Assembly: GCA_963801355.1 (NCBI GenBank)
Contig: CAWDEM010000008.1
Location: 192,001 to 256,000 of the forward strand
DNA from: Ignavibacteriota bacterium
GTDB taxonomy: Bacteria; Bacteroidota; Ignavibacteria; UBA10030; UBA6906
Length of the DNA: 64,000 nt
Reading direction: 5' to 3'
Part shown: one piece after another, positions 56,094 through 64,000 of the stretch
How the letters are laid out: every line of letters starts with the position of its first letter
Numbering within the stretch: position 1 is the first letter of the stretch
Made by a program: the position numbers and the translations under genes
Notes under the pieces: model-generated
What the model was told of the DNA's origin: nothing
Seen by the model: the letters and a program-made list of their open reading frames with translations, nothing else
Databases searched by the model: none

Positions 56094-56184
56094 GGTGATG
56101 GCCTCAGTGTAAGGAGTGGTATTTGTTTGACTTCGGAAGATTTGTATATTATTGTCGTTGAGCAACGCCCGGAAGGAACACGGC

Positions 56185-56544
56185 ATGCCGAAGATTCTTG
56201 TGATCGATGACGACGAGATCACGCTGGCCCTGATGCACAATGTGTTGGAGGACGAGGGGTACGAGATCTGTTCTACGGCGGATGGTCCGCAGGGGATACA
56301 GATTTACAGGGAGCGTGAGCCGGATGTTGTCATCCTGGATCTTGCGTTGCCGAGTATGAACGGGTTGGAGGTGTTGCGGAAGATCCGGAAGCAGGATCCG
56401 GACGCGAAGATCATTGTTGTCACCGGGCACGGATCGGAAGAGTCGGCGAAGGTTGCGTTGAAGTATGGAGCGTGGGGTTACATTGAAAAGCCGGTGGATT
56501 TTTCCACGTTTCTGCATCAAATCCGCACTGCGGCGGAGCCGTGA
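56185..56544 (+). CDS. Single-domain response regulator (CheY-like)
   Basis: ILVIDDD, ILDLALPSMNG, VTGHG, YIEKP; GAAGGA RBS. Confidence 0.92.
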   Translation: MPKILVIDDDEITLALMHNVLEDEGYEICSTADGPQGIQIYREREPDVVILDLALPSMNGLEVLRKIRKQDPDAKIIVVTGHGSEESAKVALKYGAWGYIEKPVDFSTFLHQIRTAAEP

Positions 56545-56637
56545 GGGCGCGATGTGGTGGGAGGCGGGCTTTCGCGATTGATATTCCCCTGTCATTTTGC
56601 TAAATTGAAGGCCTTCAAAACAGCCCAACAAGGGCTC

Positions 56638-56709
56638 GGGCGCGTAGCTCAGGGGTAGAGCATCTGCCTTTTAAGCAGAGGGTCGGTGGTTCGAGCCCAC
56701 CCGCGCTCA
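56638..56709 (+). tRNA. tRNA-Lys(TTT)
   Basis: GGGCGCG TAGCTCAGGGGTAGAGC A TCTGC CTTTTAA GCAGA GGGTC GGTGG TTCGAGC CCACC CGCGCTC A; CCA not encoded. Confidence 0.96.
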
Positions 56710-56716
56710 CAAAGTA

Positions 56717-56729
56717 AATCAATGGGTTA
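56717..56729 (+). promoter_or_regulatory. IHF-binding consensus next to the tRNA 3' end
   Basis: AATCAATGGGTTA matches WATCAANNNNTTR exactly. Confidence 0.55.
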
Positions 56730-56772
56730 GTGGTTCTCTCAGCTCTTCATTATATCCCCCCGGTTCTCCTTC

Positions 56773-56835
56773 TTCAAACGGTCCAACCAAATTGCTGTCT
56801 TGACAGGTCTCCGGCAAGACGAAATGCTCAATCCG
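56773..56835 (+). pseudogene. Tyrosine recombinase/integrase relic (box I fragment)
   Basis: Translates FKRSNQIAVLTGLRQDEMLNP, matching the TGLRxxExxxL motif; no intact ORF around it. Confidence 0.55.
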
Positions 56836-57204
56836 CCCTCCAGGATCTATTCCTTGGCAAGTTACTGGCACTTGAGTTGGCATGAAACGGTGAAATTTCA
56901 GGAGCTTGACTTTCGTTGCCTGGGTTGCTATGTTGGTGCCACATAGGTCTCCATTCGGTGGACGGGACGGTTGCCGTATGAGACCTGAGGGCGCAAGTCC
57001 GATTTTTGCCTCTGCTCTTACACTCCCATCTCTCGCGCGGTCCTTCCAGCCACATCAGTCCTCGTCGTAGTATCTGTCGTATGGCTCGAGGATGGAGTGT
57101 GTCTGCTGTCAAGTGCATCTGGCAATCGTCCTACCCAACGACTCATCGAGTCCTGCTTCAAACCGCAGTCATTCCAGCGCCGAGTCCGTAGAAAGGACGA
57201 AAAG

Positions 57205-59157
57205 ATGAGAACGCAATCCACATGTCTCGCTGGCTTGCTCCTTCTGGTTTCCGTCGGTACATCCGCACAATGGGTCGAAACAAACGGGCCCTCCAGTGGC
57301 ACCGTCATGTGCTTGGCAACGAACGGCGCAAAGCTCTTTGCCGGGTCTTCGGGGGGGGTATTCCTTTCCACCAATAGAGGCACGGATTGGACTGCAGTCA
57401 AGACAGGTCTGCCCTCGACGACTGTATATTCCCTTTTTGCCAACGGATCGGATCTCTTCGCAGGGACAAACAGCGGTGTCTATGTGTCGACGAATGACGG
57501 CGCAAACTGGAAAGCGGCGAATGTCGGACTGACAACCGCGAGGGTATATGCCTTTGTAGTGAGGGACACGAATCTCCTCGTGGGGACCTCTCGGGGAGTG
57601 TTTCTGTCGACCGACACGGGCACTACGTGGCTTGCCATGAATGGTGGGCTGACGAGCACTGATGTCCGAGCTCTTGTGCTCAGCGGCACGAATCTCCACG
57701 CTGGAACAGCAGGGGGAGGTGTGTTTCTCTCGACCGATAACGGCGCAAGCTGGACGGAGAAAAGTGTAGGACTCTCAAACAAGAACGTCAGGTCACTCGC
57801 GCTCATTGGTGCAACGCTCTTTGCAGGGACTTTTGGCGGCGGAGTGTTTTGTTCGACCGATAGTGGCGGGAGTTGGACACCCGTGAATTCCGGCGTCTGG
57901 GAACTGTATGTCCAATGCCTTGCAGTCAGCGGCACAGATCTCTTAGCAGGAACGTGGGCTGGCGGCGTGTTTCTCTCTTCTGATCGTGGAGGAAGCTGGA
58001 TACCGGCGAATGCCGGTCTGTCCGGTACGGACGTCTATTCTCTCGCTCTCGATGACACGAATCTCTATGCTGGCACCACGAAAAAGAACGTGTGGAGGCG
58101 GGCACTATCAGAAATGCACACTCAAGTGCACATCAGTCCATCGTTTTCCCATGTGTGCAGCTTTGACGGCAATGGGGATCGCGCAGAAGTTCCCGATGCT
58201 CCAACGTTACGCTTTGGCAAAGACACAAGTTTCACAGTCGAATTGTGGTTCAAAAAGAAGAGAGATTGGGCTTTCAACCTGGTGAACAAGGAAGGTCAGT
58301 CGGGAGGGTGGATGCTCGACCTGGGGTACTATCAATCGTCATCCCAGACCTTGTATCTTTGGGCCCTCCATATGCAGTTCGGCGGCGGGTATGCGCTTAT
58401 TCAGAACAGCTTCGGGATATACAAGGACATATGGTGCCACATGGCTATGGCTGTGAATCGCAGTTTGGACAGGACGGATATCTACGTCGATAGAGAGGAT
58501 CTAGCACACTATGAGTACGGATTCAGCAGTTGGCCCTCTGCGGACTATAATGTTAATGCAGACGGCATGTGCCTCGCCGTGGGCGGCCGTCCTAATACCA
58601 TGGCCTCCGCTGATTGGTTCGACGGGGAGATTGATGAAGTGCGTGTGTGGAACACCGCGAGGAGCAGAGCTCAGATTCAGGCGACAATGAAGGATACTCT
58701 GGGGCCAGAATACTACGCGAGTGCGGATAGTGGTCTCGTGTTGTACCTCCGCTTTGAACAATTGGAGAATCTGGGGATCGGAGGTGAGGGCCGGGATGTC
58801 CGGGATCTTTCAGTTGCAGGCAATCACGCGGCAATGAAAGGTGATGCCCGGGTTGTCAGTCATATCCAGGAATCGGCTATAGTGAATCGTGAAAACAGTT
58901 ACCGGGTGCTCCAGAACTACCCGAACCCTTTCAACCCGAGCACGACCATCAAGTTTGAGTTGCCCAAGTCCTCGGAAGTGAGATTGAGTGTGTACGATAT
59001 GCTCGGTCGTGAGGTGACTGTACTCGTGAATGAGAGGAGGGACGCGGGAGTTCACGAGGTCAAGTTCGACGCATCCGGTCTTTCCAGCGGCGTGTACTTC
59101 TACCGACTACAAGCGAGAGAGTTTGTCTCAACGAAGCGTATGGTGGTTCTGAAGTAG
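57205..59157 (+). CDS. T9SS type-A protein: BNR/Asp-box beta-propeller plus LamG-like jelly-roll plus CTD
   Basis: Signal peptide; six LxxGx.GGVF.S.x.G..W-type repeats; FTVELW, FDGEIDEVRVWN; CTD NYPNPFNPSTTIKFELP..LSSGVYFYRL..KRMVVLK. Confidence 0.88.
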   Translation: MRTQSTCLAGLLLLVSVGTSAQWVETNGPSSGTVMCLATNGAKLFAGSSGGVFLSTNRGTDWTAVKTGLPSTTVYSLFANGSDLFAGTNSGVYVSTNDGANWKAANVGLTTARVYAFVVRDTNLLVGTSRGVFLSTDTGTTWLAMNGGLTSTDVRALVLSGTNLHAGTAGGGVFLSTDNGASWTEKSVGLSNKNVRSLALIGATLFAGTFGGGVFCSTDSGGSWTPVNSGVWELYVQCLAVSGTDLLAGTWAGGVFLSSDRGGSWIPANAGLSGTDVYSLALDDTNLYAGTTKKNVWRRALSEMHTQVHISPSFSHVCSFDGNGDRAEVPDAPTLRFGKDTSFTVELWFKKKRDWAFNLVNKEGQSGGWMLDLGYYQSSSQTLYLWALHMQFGGGYALIQNSFGIYKDIWCHMAMAVNRSLDRTDIYVDREDLAHYEYGFSSWPSADYNVNADGMCLAVGGRPNTMASADWFDGEIDEVRVWNTARSRAQIQATMKDTLGPEYYASADSGLVLYLRFEQLENLGIGGEGRDVRDLSVAGNHAAMKGDARVVSHIQESAIVNRENSYRVLQNYPNPFNPSTTIKFELPKSSEVRLSVYDMLGREVTVLVNERRDAGVHEVKFDASGLSSGVYFYRLQAREFVSTKRMVVLK

Positions 59158-59276
59158 CTCCCCCACCGACTGCACCTGATGCCGCATGAAATTGAGCGAG
59201 CGTGAGCGCCGCAGGCAAGCCGCGGCCCTCAAACGCTTGATCGTCATTGGACATGCAGCTCAGAAGAAGGGGACCT

Positions 59277-59645
59277 ATGAAACTCGCGAAATGGGTTTTT
59301 CTAATTGCTGGTATCCTGGGATTACTGTCCGCGATTCCTCTCGCTTTTGCTGAGAAGGTGATGGCGGTGAAACAGCCGGAGTTCTACTATGGGTTCGTTT
59401 TTCTGAATATCTGTTGGCAGATTCTCTATCTGTTCATATTCTTAGATCCGGTTCGCTATCGGCCGATGATGATTCCAGCGTTTCTGGCAAAAAGCAGTGG
59501 GACGGTTGCCCTGACGTGGTTGTATCTGCTGGGACGAGTGCCCAGTCATTGGATCGCAATAGGCACTGTCGATGGGGTCTTCGCTGTCATGTTCCTGGTC
59601 GCGTTTTGGGCCACGCGCAATGACTCCAAGGAGCGGGCAACCTGA
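59277..59645 (+). CDS. Small hypothetical membrane protein (about 4 TM)
   Basis: RBS agggg; hydrophobic helices; PEFYYGF..WQ..DPVRYRPMM. Confidence 0.75.
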   Translation: MKLAKWVFLIAGILGLLSAIPLAFAEKVMAVKQPEFYYGFVFLNICWQILYLFIFLDPVRYRPMMIPAFLAKSSGTVALTWLYLLGRVPSHWIAIGTVDGVFAVMFLVAFWATRNDSKERAT

Positions 59646-59986
59646 CCAGCGGCCGCACGTGACCCCACGTGGAGATAGACTAATGTAAGTCACTCGCGTG
59701 AGCCCGACAGCCCCTTCACAACCGATTCTACGACGGGAAATCAGCAGTTGAGTTGGGGTATTTCGAGCTGTCTCTGTCAGGGGGTATCCGAGGCGGGGTC
59801 GCTGGGAGATCGTCCGGAAAACCGATGCTGAGTCGGGTTTTCAACAGGATTCCCTTCAAAGGAAGTCTCGATTGAGGTTCTTGCTTCAAGCTAGGTTGTT
59901 CAAGTGGATGAACTCGACCATACTGGATGCCGCAAAGGTTGCTGCCTCAGAGGAAAGTCGCGGACACTAGCTAGCAATTCGGCTAG

Positions 59987-60015
59987 TTGACATTGCATGT
60001 TGGCCGGAGTATATT
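59987..60015 (+). promoter_or_regulatory. Putative sigma70 promoter about 270 bp upstream of the NTF2-like gene
   Basis: TTGACA-17 bp-TATATT. Confidence 0.65.
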
Positions 60016-60281
60016 TGGTCAGTTGTATGCACGATGGCTTCCACAGCCATCGAGCCGCCGCTGTTTGACCCTGTACTAGTTGGTCTGCACTAGAGCCTCC
60101 TCCGACGACCCCCTGGCTGACAAGCCGATAAGTACCCCGATAGTGTCTTGGCACGATTGCTCAATGGCTTGATGTAGGAGTCAGCGAGCCGCCGAGTGTT
60201 ACTGCGATACCGCCCTACCCGACGACCCACCGACAACTACCAGGTCAGCATCTACCTACAACCACCCTTAGGGAGGTCAAT

Positions 60282-60740
60282 ATGCGAAAGCTATGCTTGG
60301 TCGTTGCAGTCCTTATGTTGCTTCCTTCTGCGTACCTCTTTTCGCAAGAATGGTCAGCGGCCCAGAAGGAAGTCTGGAAGAATGTGGAAGCCTACAGCGC
60401 TTTGGCTGATGCGGGGAATGTCGAGGGATTTATGGCCTATGTCCACAATGACTACCTCGGCTGGAACTATCAAAGTGCATTGCCAAACGACAAAGCCACA
60501 GTGAGAAAATTCGTGGAGTTTCAATTCAAAAACTCGAAGACACTTCTGACAAGCATCAAACCCGCAGCGATTGGTGTTTTCGGAAATGTCGCTTACGTCC
60601 ACTACTATTGGATGGCTGCCTACAAGGATGCGGAGGGGAAGGAGAAATGGGAATCAGGTCGCTACACCGACATCCTCATGAAGCAAGGGGACAAGTGGGT
60701 GATGATTGGCGACCACGGCGGGAGGACATCGAAAGAATAG
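60282..60740 (+). CDS. Secreted NTF2/SnoaL-like (DUF4440-type) protein
   Basis: GGGAGG RBS; signal peptide; VFGNVAYVHYY..SGRYTDILMKQGDKWVMIGDH. Confidence 0.85.
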   Translation: MRKLCLVVAVLMLLPSAYLFSQEWSAAQKEVWKNVEAYSALADAGNVEGFMAYVHNDYLGWNYQSALPNDKATVRKFVEFQFKNSKTLLTSIKPAAIGVFGNVAYVHYYWMAAYKDAEGKEKWESGRYTDILMKQGDKWVMIGDHGGRTSKE

Positions 60741-60830
60741 CGGACAATTGGACATCACGGTCGTGTGGTCCGCGCGCCGTGCAGCTTCACAAACGGTGAA
60801 GCAATCAACATCATTATGGGAGAACTAACC

Positions 60831-61334
60831 ATGAGACCAGTCTTCTTCTCAGCTCTTTTTGTCAGTATCGGCCTCCTGATGGGGTGCCAACAATCCCCTG
60901 ACCCGGTACGAGAGGCGACTGCAAAACTCAAGCCTGTGGTGGAGGCCTACGTTCAAGTATGGAACACGGGGAATCTCAGCGCTCTCGACGGAATCTGCGT
61001 TCCGCAAGTCGTGCGCCATGATAGGACGACCGATGTGTCCAGGGGGTTAGATTCACTGAAGGGGGTCATTGCGTCCATCCGCGGGATGTATCCGGACTTC
61101 AAAGTGACCATCGAAGAGGAATTCTTTTTGCCAGACCACGCAATGGTGCGCTGGAGCATCACCGGCACGAACACTGGTCCGGGAGGGTTTACCCCGACCG
61201 GGAAGTCATTCAAGGCAACCGGGTTGAGCCTGAGCCGCTTCGAGAACGGCAAGCTCGCAGAAGAACACGCAGAGTATGACAGGTCCTCTGTCCTACTGCA
61301 GCTCGGTGTCCAGCAACCGCCTCTGGCCAAATGA
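60831..61334 (+). CDS. SnoaL-like ester cyclase-family lipoprotein
   Basis: Lipobox LMGC; VWNTGNL..YPDFKVTIEE..VRWSITGTNTG..PTGKSF..RFENGKLAEE. Confidence 0.87.
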   Translation: MRPVFFSALFVSIGLLMGCQQSPDPVREATAKLKPVVEAYVQVWNTGNLSALDGICVPQVVRHDRTTDVSRGLDSLKGVIASIRGMYPDFKVTIEEEFFLPDHAMVRWSITGTNTGPGGFTPTGKSFKATGLSLSRFENGKLAEEHAEYDRSSVLLQLGVQQPPLAK

Positions 61335-61969
61335 TCAAAAGCAGCCGTTTTGGTGAAGAAAACTAGGACAGCAGGAGGGTCCACGGCAACATTTCTTATT
61401 GCAGGTCTCGCACGTGGAGGCTCATGCGTATCCGCCTAATTCACTTTCACAAATCATCAGAAAGGGCACAGTTACCGGGGCCAATTCCAATTCAAGTGCG
61501 TTTGATTCTCTTACACCGGCAGCAGGTTTGGGACCTGATGGAACGCCTGGCCACGCCTGGAGCAATCAAGTAAGTAGGTTCACGAAAGTGCATGGTCATC
61601 TTGCCATCGATGGATGCGCTGTTGAAAACATCAAATTGCAGGCAGTCGGACATTGATTGCCTTGTTGACACAAAGAGCGTTCGTTGTTTCAGGTGAGCAT
61701 TATTGCTGAAAAGAAGAAAACGTAACACGACGCTCCGGGTCACCACAGGCCGGGAACGAAGCTTCTTGCCTTTGCGTTATTCTGTTTATTGCGTTAATGC
61801 CATGACTGCTCCGCATGCTTTTGCGGGAGATTGACACATCAAAGGCGCTGAGGGGTTGAAATGGACGTGACGTTGGTTTGCGCAAGGCGATGTCGTCTTT
61901 AGGACCGCTGAACATGCGGGCGTCATGGTGTTTTTTCCACGGCCCCAGGACTCACAACCAACCGATCGG

Positions 61970-62632
61970 CTAGTAATGCTCGACGTATTCGGGAGAACTG
62001 TGCAGAGATGCAGTGGTATCGGTGAGGGATGCTGGATACTCGGGCCGCGGAGGCTGAAGGAACGCGGCTGAATTCTCCATGCGGTTGAGTTCTTGGTCGT
62101 GTTGATCAGGGAACGTCACGACGAGCATCGGGCGTATTTGCACGACCGCATTATCCGGAATGTTCTTCTCAACGACCGCGTTTGCGCCGATTTTGACATT
62201 GTTCCCGATCTTGATCCTTCCTGCGATTTTCGCTCCGGGTGCGATATATACATTGTCCCCGAATGAGGGGAAACCCAGGATATTCCTGGCTTTGGAATAG
62301 CCCAGCGTAATTTCGTGTGTGAGGGTGAAATTCTCGCCTGCAACGACTTCCCCTGCGACAAAAATGCCTCCGTAGTGCCAGATATAGAACCCCGGGCCGA
62401 TTTCGGCTTCGGGGCCGATGAAAATCCCCCATTTCGATCGTATGCGGTGCCCCTGCCAGGCGACGAATGGTCGCAATAGCAATCTCACGATAAATGGCTG
62501 TGTTCGCAGCCAGTGGGCCATCCGGTACAAGGCGACAGCCTGAACTCCGGGGCTGCGGAGGCACATGCATATCCGTTTCGCCCTTGAACCCCTGGCGAAG
62601 AGGTAAGCCCTATGGAGATCCTGTTTGATCAT
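61970..62632 (-). CDS. Serine O-acetyltransferase-like hexapeptide-repeat acyltransferase (CysE/WcaB-like)
   Basis: LYRMAHWL, GIFIGPEAEIGPGFYIWHYGGI, GDNVYIAPGAKI, IGNNVKIGANAVV. Confidence 0.85.
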   Translation of the reverse strand: MIKQDLHRAYLFARGSRAKRICMCLRSPGVQAVALYRMAHWLRTQPFIVRLLLRPFVAWQGHRIRSKWGIFIGPEAEIGPGFYIWHYGGIFVAGEVVAGENFTLTHEITLGYSKARNILGFPSFGDNVYIAPGAKIAGRIKIGNNVKIGANAVVEKNIPDNAVVQIRPMLVVTFPDQHDQELNRMENSAAFLQPPRPEYPASLTDTTASLHSSPEYVEHY

Positions 62633-62734
62633 TGCACACATATGATACGCACTCCGGCATGTGGATTGCTGTGCGCATCGTCACATGGCGCAGAAAAGGC
62701 CTAAAATTGCACACAGGCCAGTGTGGAACTTGGT

Positions 62735-63397
62735 CTACAACAGGTGATCGTTCAGCGCTTTGGCGACCGCGCCGCCGCGGGTATGGACCTGCAGCTTGGC
62801 GTAGATGTTCTTGATATGCGTGTCGATCGTATGATAGCTGAGAATAAGCCGTTCTGCTATCTGTTTCTTTGTGAGGCCGTCGACCATCAATTTGAGAATT
62901 TCCTGCTCCCTCTCTGTGAGGGGGCTCGGGCTGCGCGGACCCGCCAGATGCGTGAACATCGCCAGCATCTTGCGGGCGATCTGGGCATTGATCGGGGCGC
63001 CCCCCCTTAGTACTTCCATCATTGCCCGTTCGATCTCCTCCGGCGGCGAACTCTTCAGGAGGTACCCGGAAGCCCCCGCGCAGAGCGCGTCGAAGATTTT
63101 CTCGTTATCCTCGTGGATTGTCAGGATAATTACGCGGGTCGCGGGTGAGATCTCTCTTACCCTGGTCGTGCCTTCAATACCGTTCATGCCGGGAAGGCCG
63201 AGGTCCATGAGGATCACGTCGGGGGCGGGTTCGGTTTCCAGCGCGCGTAATGCATCCTCGCACCGCGAAAACGCGTGGTCACAGCGAATTCCCTCGACTT
63301 CATGAAGGAGTTCCGAGATCGTCTTACGGTAAAGCGCATCGTCCTCCACAACCCACAGTTCCTTCTCTTCTTCCGGAGGAGCCTTGACCCGCTGCAT
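62735..63397 (-). CDS. NarL/LuxR-family response regulator
   Basis: VVEDD, LMDLGLPGMNG, GASGYLLK, LTEREQEIL..TIDTHIKNIYAKLQV. Confidence 0.95.
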   Translation of the reverse strand: MQRVKAPPEEEKELWVVEDDALYRKTISELLHEVEGIRCDHAFSRCEDALRALETEPAPDVILMDLGLPGMNGIEGTTRVREISPATRVIILTIHEDNEKIFDALCAGASGYLLKSSPPEEIERAMMEVLRGGAPINAQIARKMLAMFTHLAGPRSPSPLTEREQEILKLMVDGLTKKQIAERLILSYHTIDTHIKNIYAKLQVHTRGGAVAKALNDHLL

Positions 63398-63486
63398 TTG
63401 ATCCCTCGCTGATTATGGACAATCCCCGGGGAAGGTTAACGCACAGCGGAACTTAATAAGTCTTTTGCTGCAAAACGATACCGCAT

Positions 63487-64000
63487 TCACGGTATTTTTA
63501 CATCCAGGGTCACCTCTGTGCCTTTTCCCGGCGTGCTCCGGATGGCAATGGTCCCTCCAAGCTGCGCCGCCCTTCTTTGCATCGTGGAAAGGCCGTTCCC
63601 GGTGGACGGTTGGGAGGTGTCAAATCCCTTCCCGTCGTCCGAGATCGATATCAGGAACCGCCCCCCATGAACGCTGATGCGGATTGCCACGTGGCCGGCT
63701 GCCGCATGATGCACGATATTGCTGAGGATCTCCTTGTAAATGAGCACGACGTCCCGGCAAAAAGCCATCGGGAGATGTGTCGCCGCAACGCGATCGTCCC
63801 TCTGGAACGTAGAGTCCACTCCGGCGAGGAGCTTGGAGGAAATCCCCTGGAGATGATCGATAATGTTGCCGGTGGTGTCGTGTTCGGGGTTGATGAACCA
63901 GACGATGTCTCTCAAAGCGTCGGATGTCGAGCGAGCTGCTTTGCTGATGTCCAGCAGATGTGCGGCTGCCGCCGGCGGGACGCTCATCCTGTTACGAACG
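63487..64000 (-). CDS. NarX/UhpB-type sensor histidine kinase, C-terminal part (5' end beyond window)
   Basis: LRDIVWFINP, KEILSNIVHHA, DDGKGFD, GNGLSTM..RA..LGG, GKGTEV; frame open to the window edge. Confidence 0.9.
   Translation of the reverse strand, partial: VRNRMSVPPAAAAHLLDISKAARSTSDALRDIVWFINPEHDTTGNIIDHLQGISSKLLAGVDSTFQRDDRVAATHLPMAFCRDVVLIYKEILSNIVHHAAAGHVAIRISVHGGRFLISISDDGKGFDTSQPSTGNGLSTMQRRAAQLGGTIAIRSTPGKGTEVTLDVKIP

Noticed and set aside
57300-58090. Regularly spaced GGVFLSTD-type nucleotide repeats as a CRISPR or DGR template
   Set aside because: They are beta-propeller blade repeats with synonymous divergence; no reverse transcriptase or adenine-specific variation was seen.
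59900-59985. Possible c-di-GMP-I riboswitch (gccgcaaagg...)
   Set aside because: Only a fragment of the consensus; the paired P1/P2 architecture could not be built.

Overview
Bacterial chromosomal DNA, visibly GC-rich, most consistent with an Ignavibacteria/Chlorobi-like member of Bacteroidota sensu lato. This is inferred from T9SS C-terminal sorting domains and PorV- and SprE-like genes occurring together with canonical sigma70 TTGACA-17-TAnnnT promoters, Shine-Dalgarno sites and a Rho without an N-terminal insertion. 1-22.4 kb is one co-directional glycan-utilisation locus, probably for beta-1,2-glucan: LacI regulator, tandem-CBM9-like T9SS protein, TonB-dependent receptor, ~1090-aa T9SS-type cargo, PorV-like barrel, GH94 phosphorylase, two GH144 enzymes, an unclassified CBM/F5-8/(alpha/alpha)6 hydrolase and a sugar ABC importer without ATPase. 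It has no SusD, and the TBDR-cargo-PorV triad is the best candidate for an undescribed system. 22.5-50.4 kb is mostly housekeeping and envelope genes (tRNA-Leu, ogt, pcrA, mltD, an SprE-like TPR lipoprotein with D-S/T repeat arrays, pyrK-pyrD-folC-rho, three small beta-barrels, capA-lemA-TPM, a two-component system). 50.5-56.1 kb is a NadE-like/AsnB/ACP/acyl-AMP ligase/SGNH operon in which asnB carries a +1 frameshift. Downstream of tRNA-Lys (56.6 kb) is an accessory region with an integrase relic, an IHF site, possible decayed attC-like sites and a long leader with a duplicated motif. All calls come from motif recognition by eye; no database searches were run.
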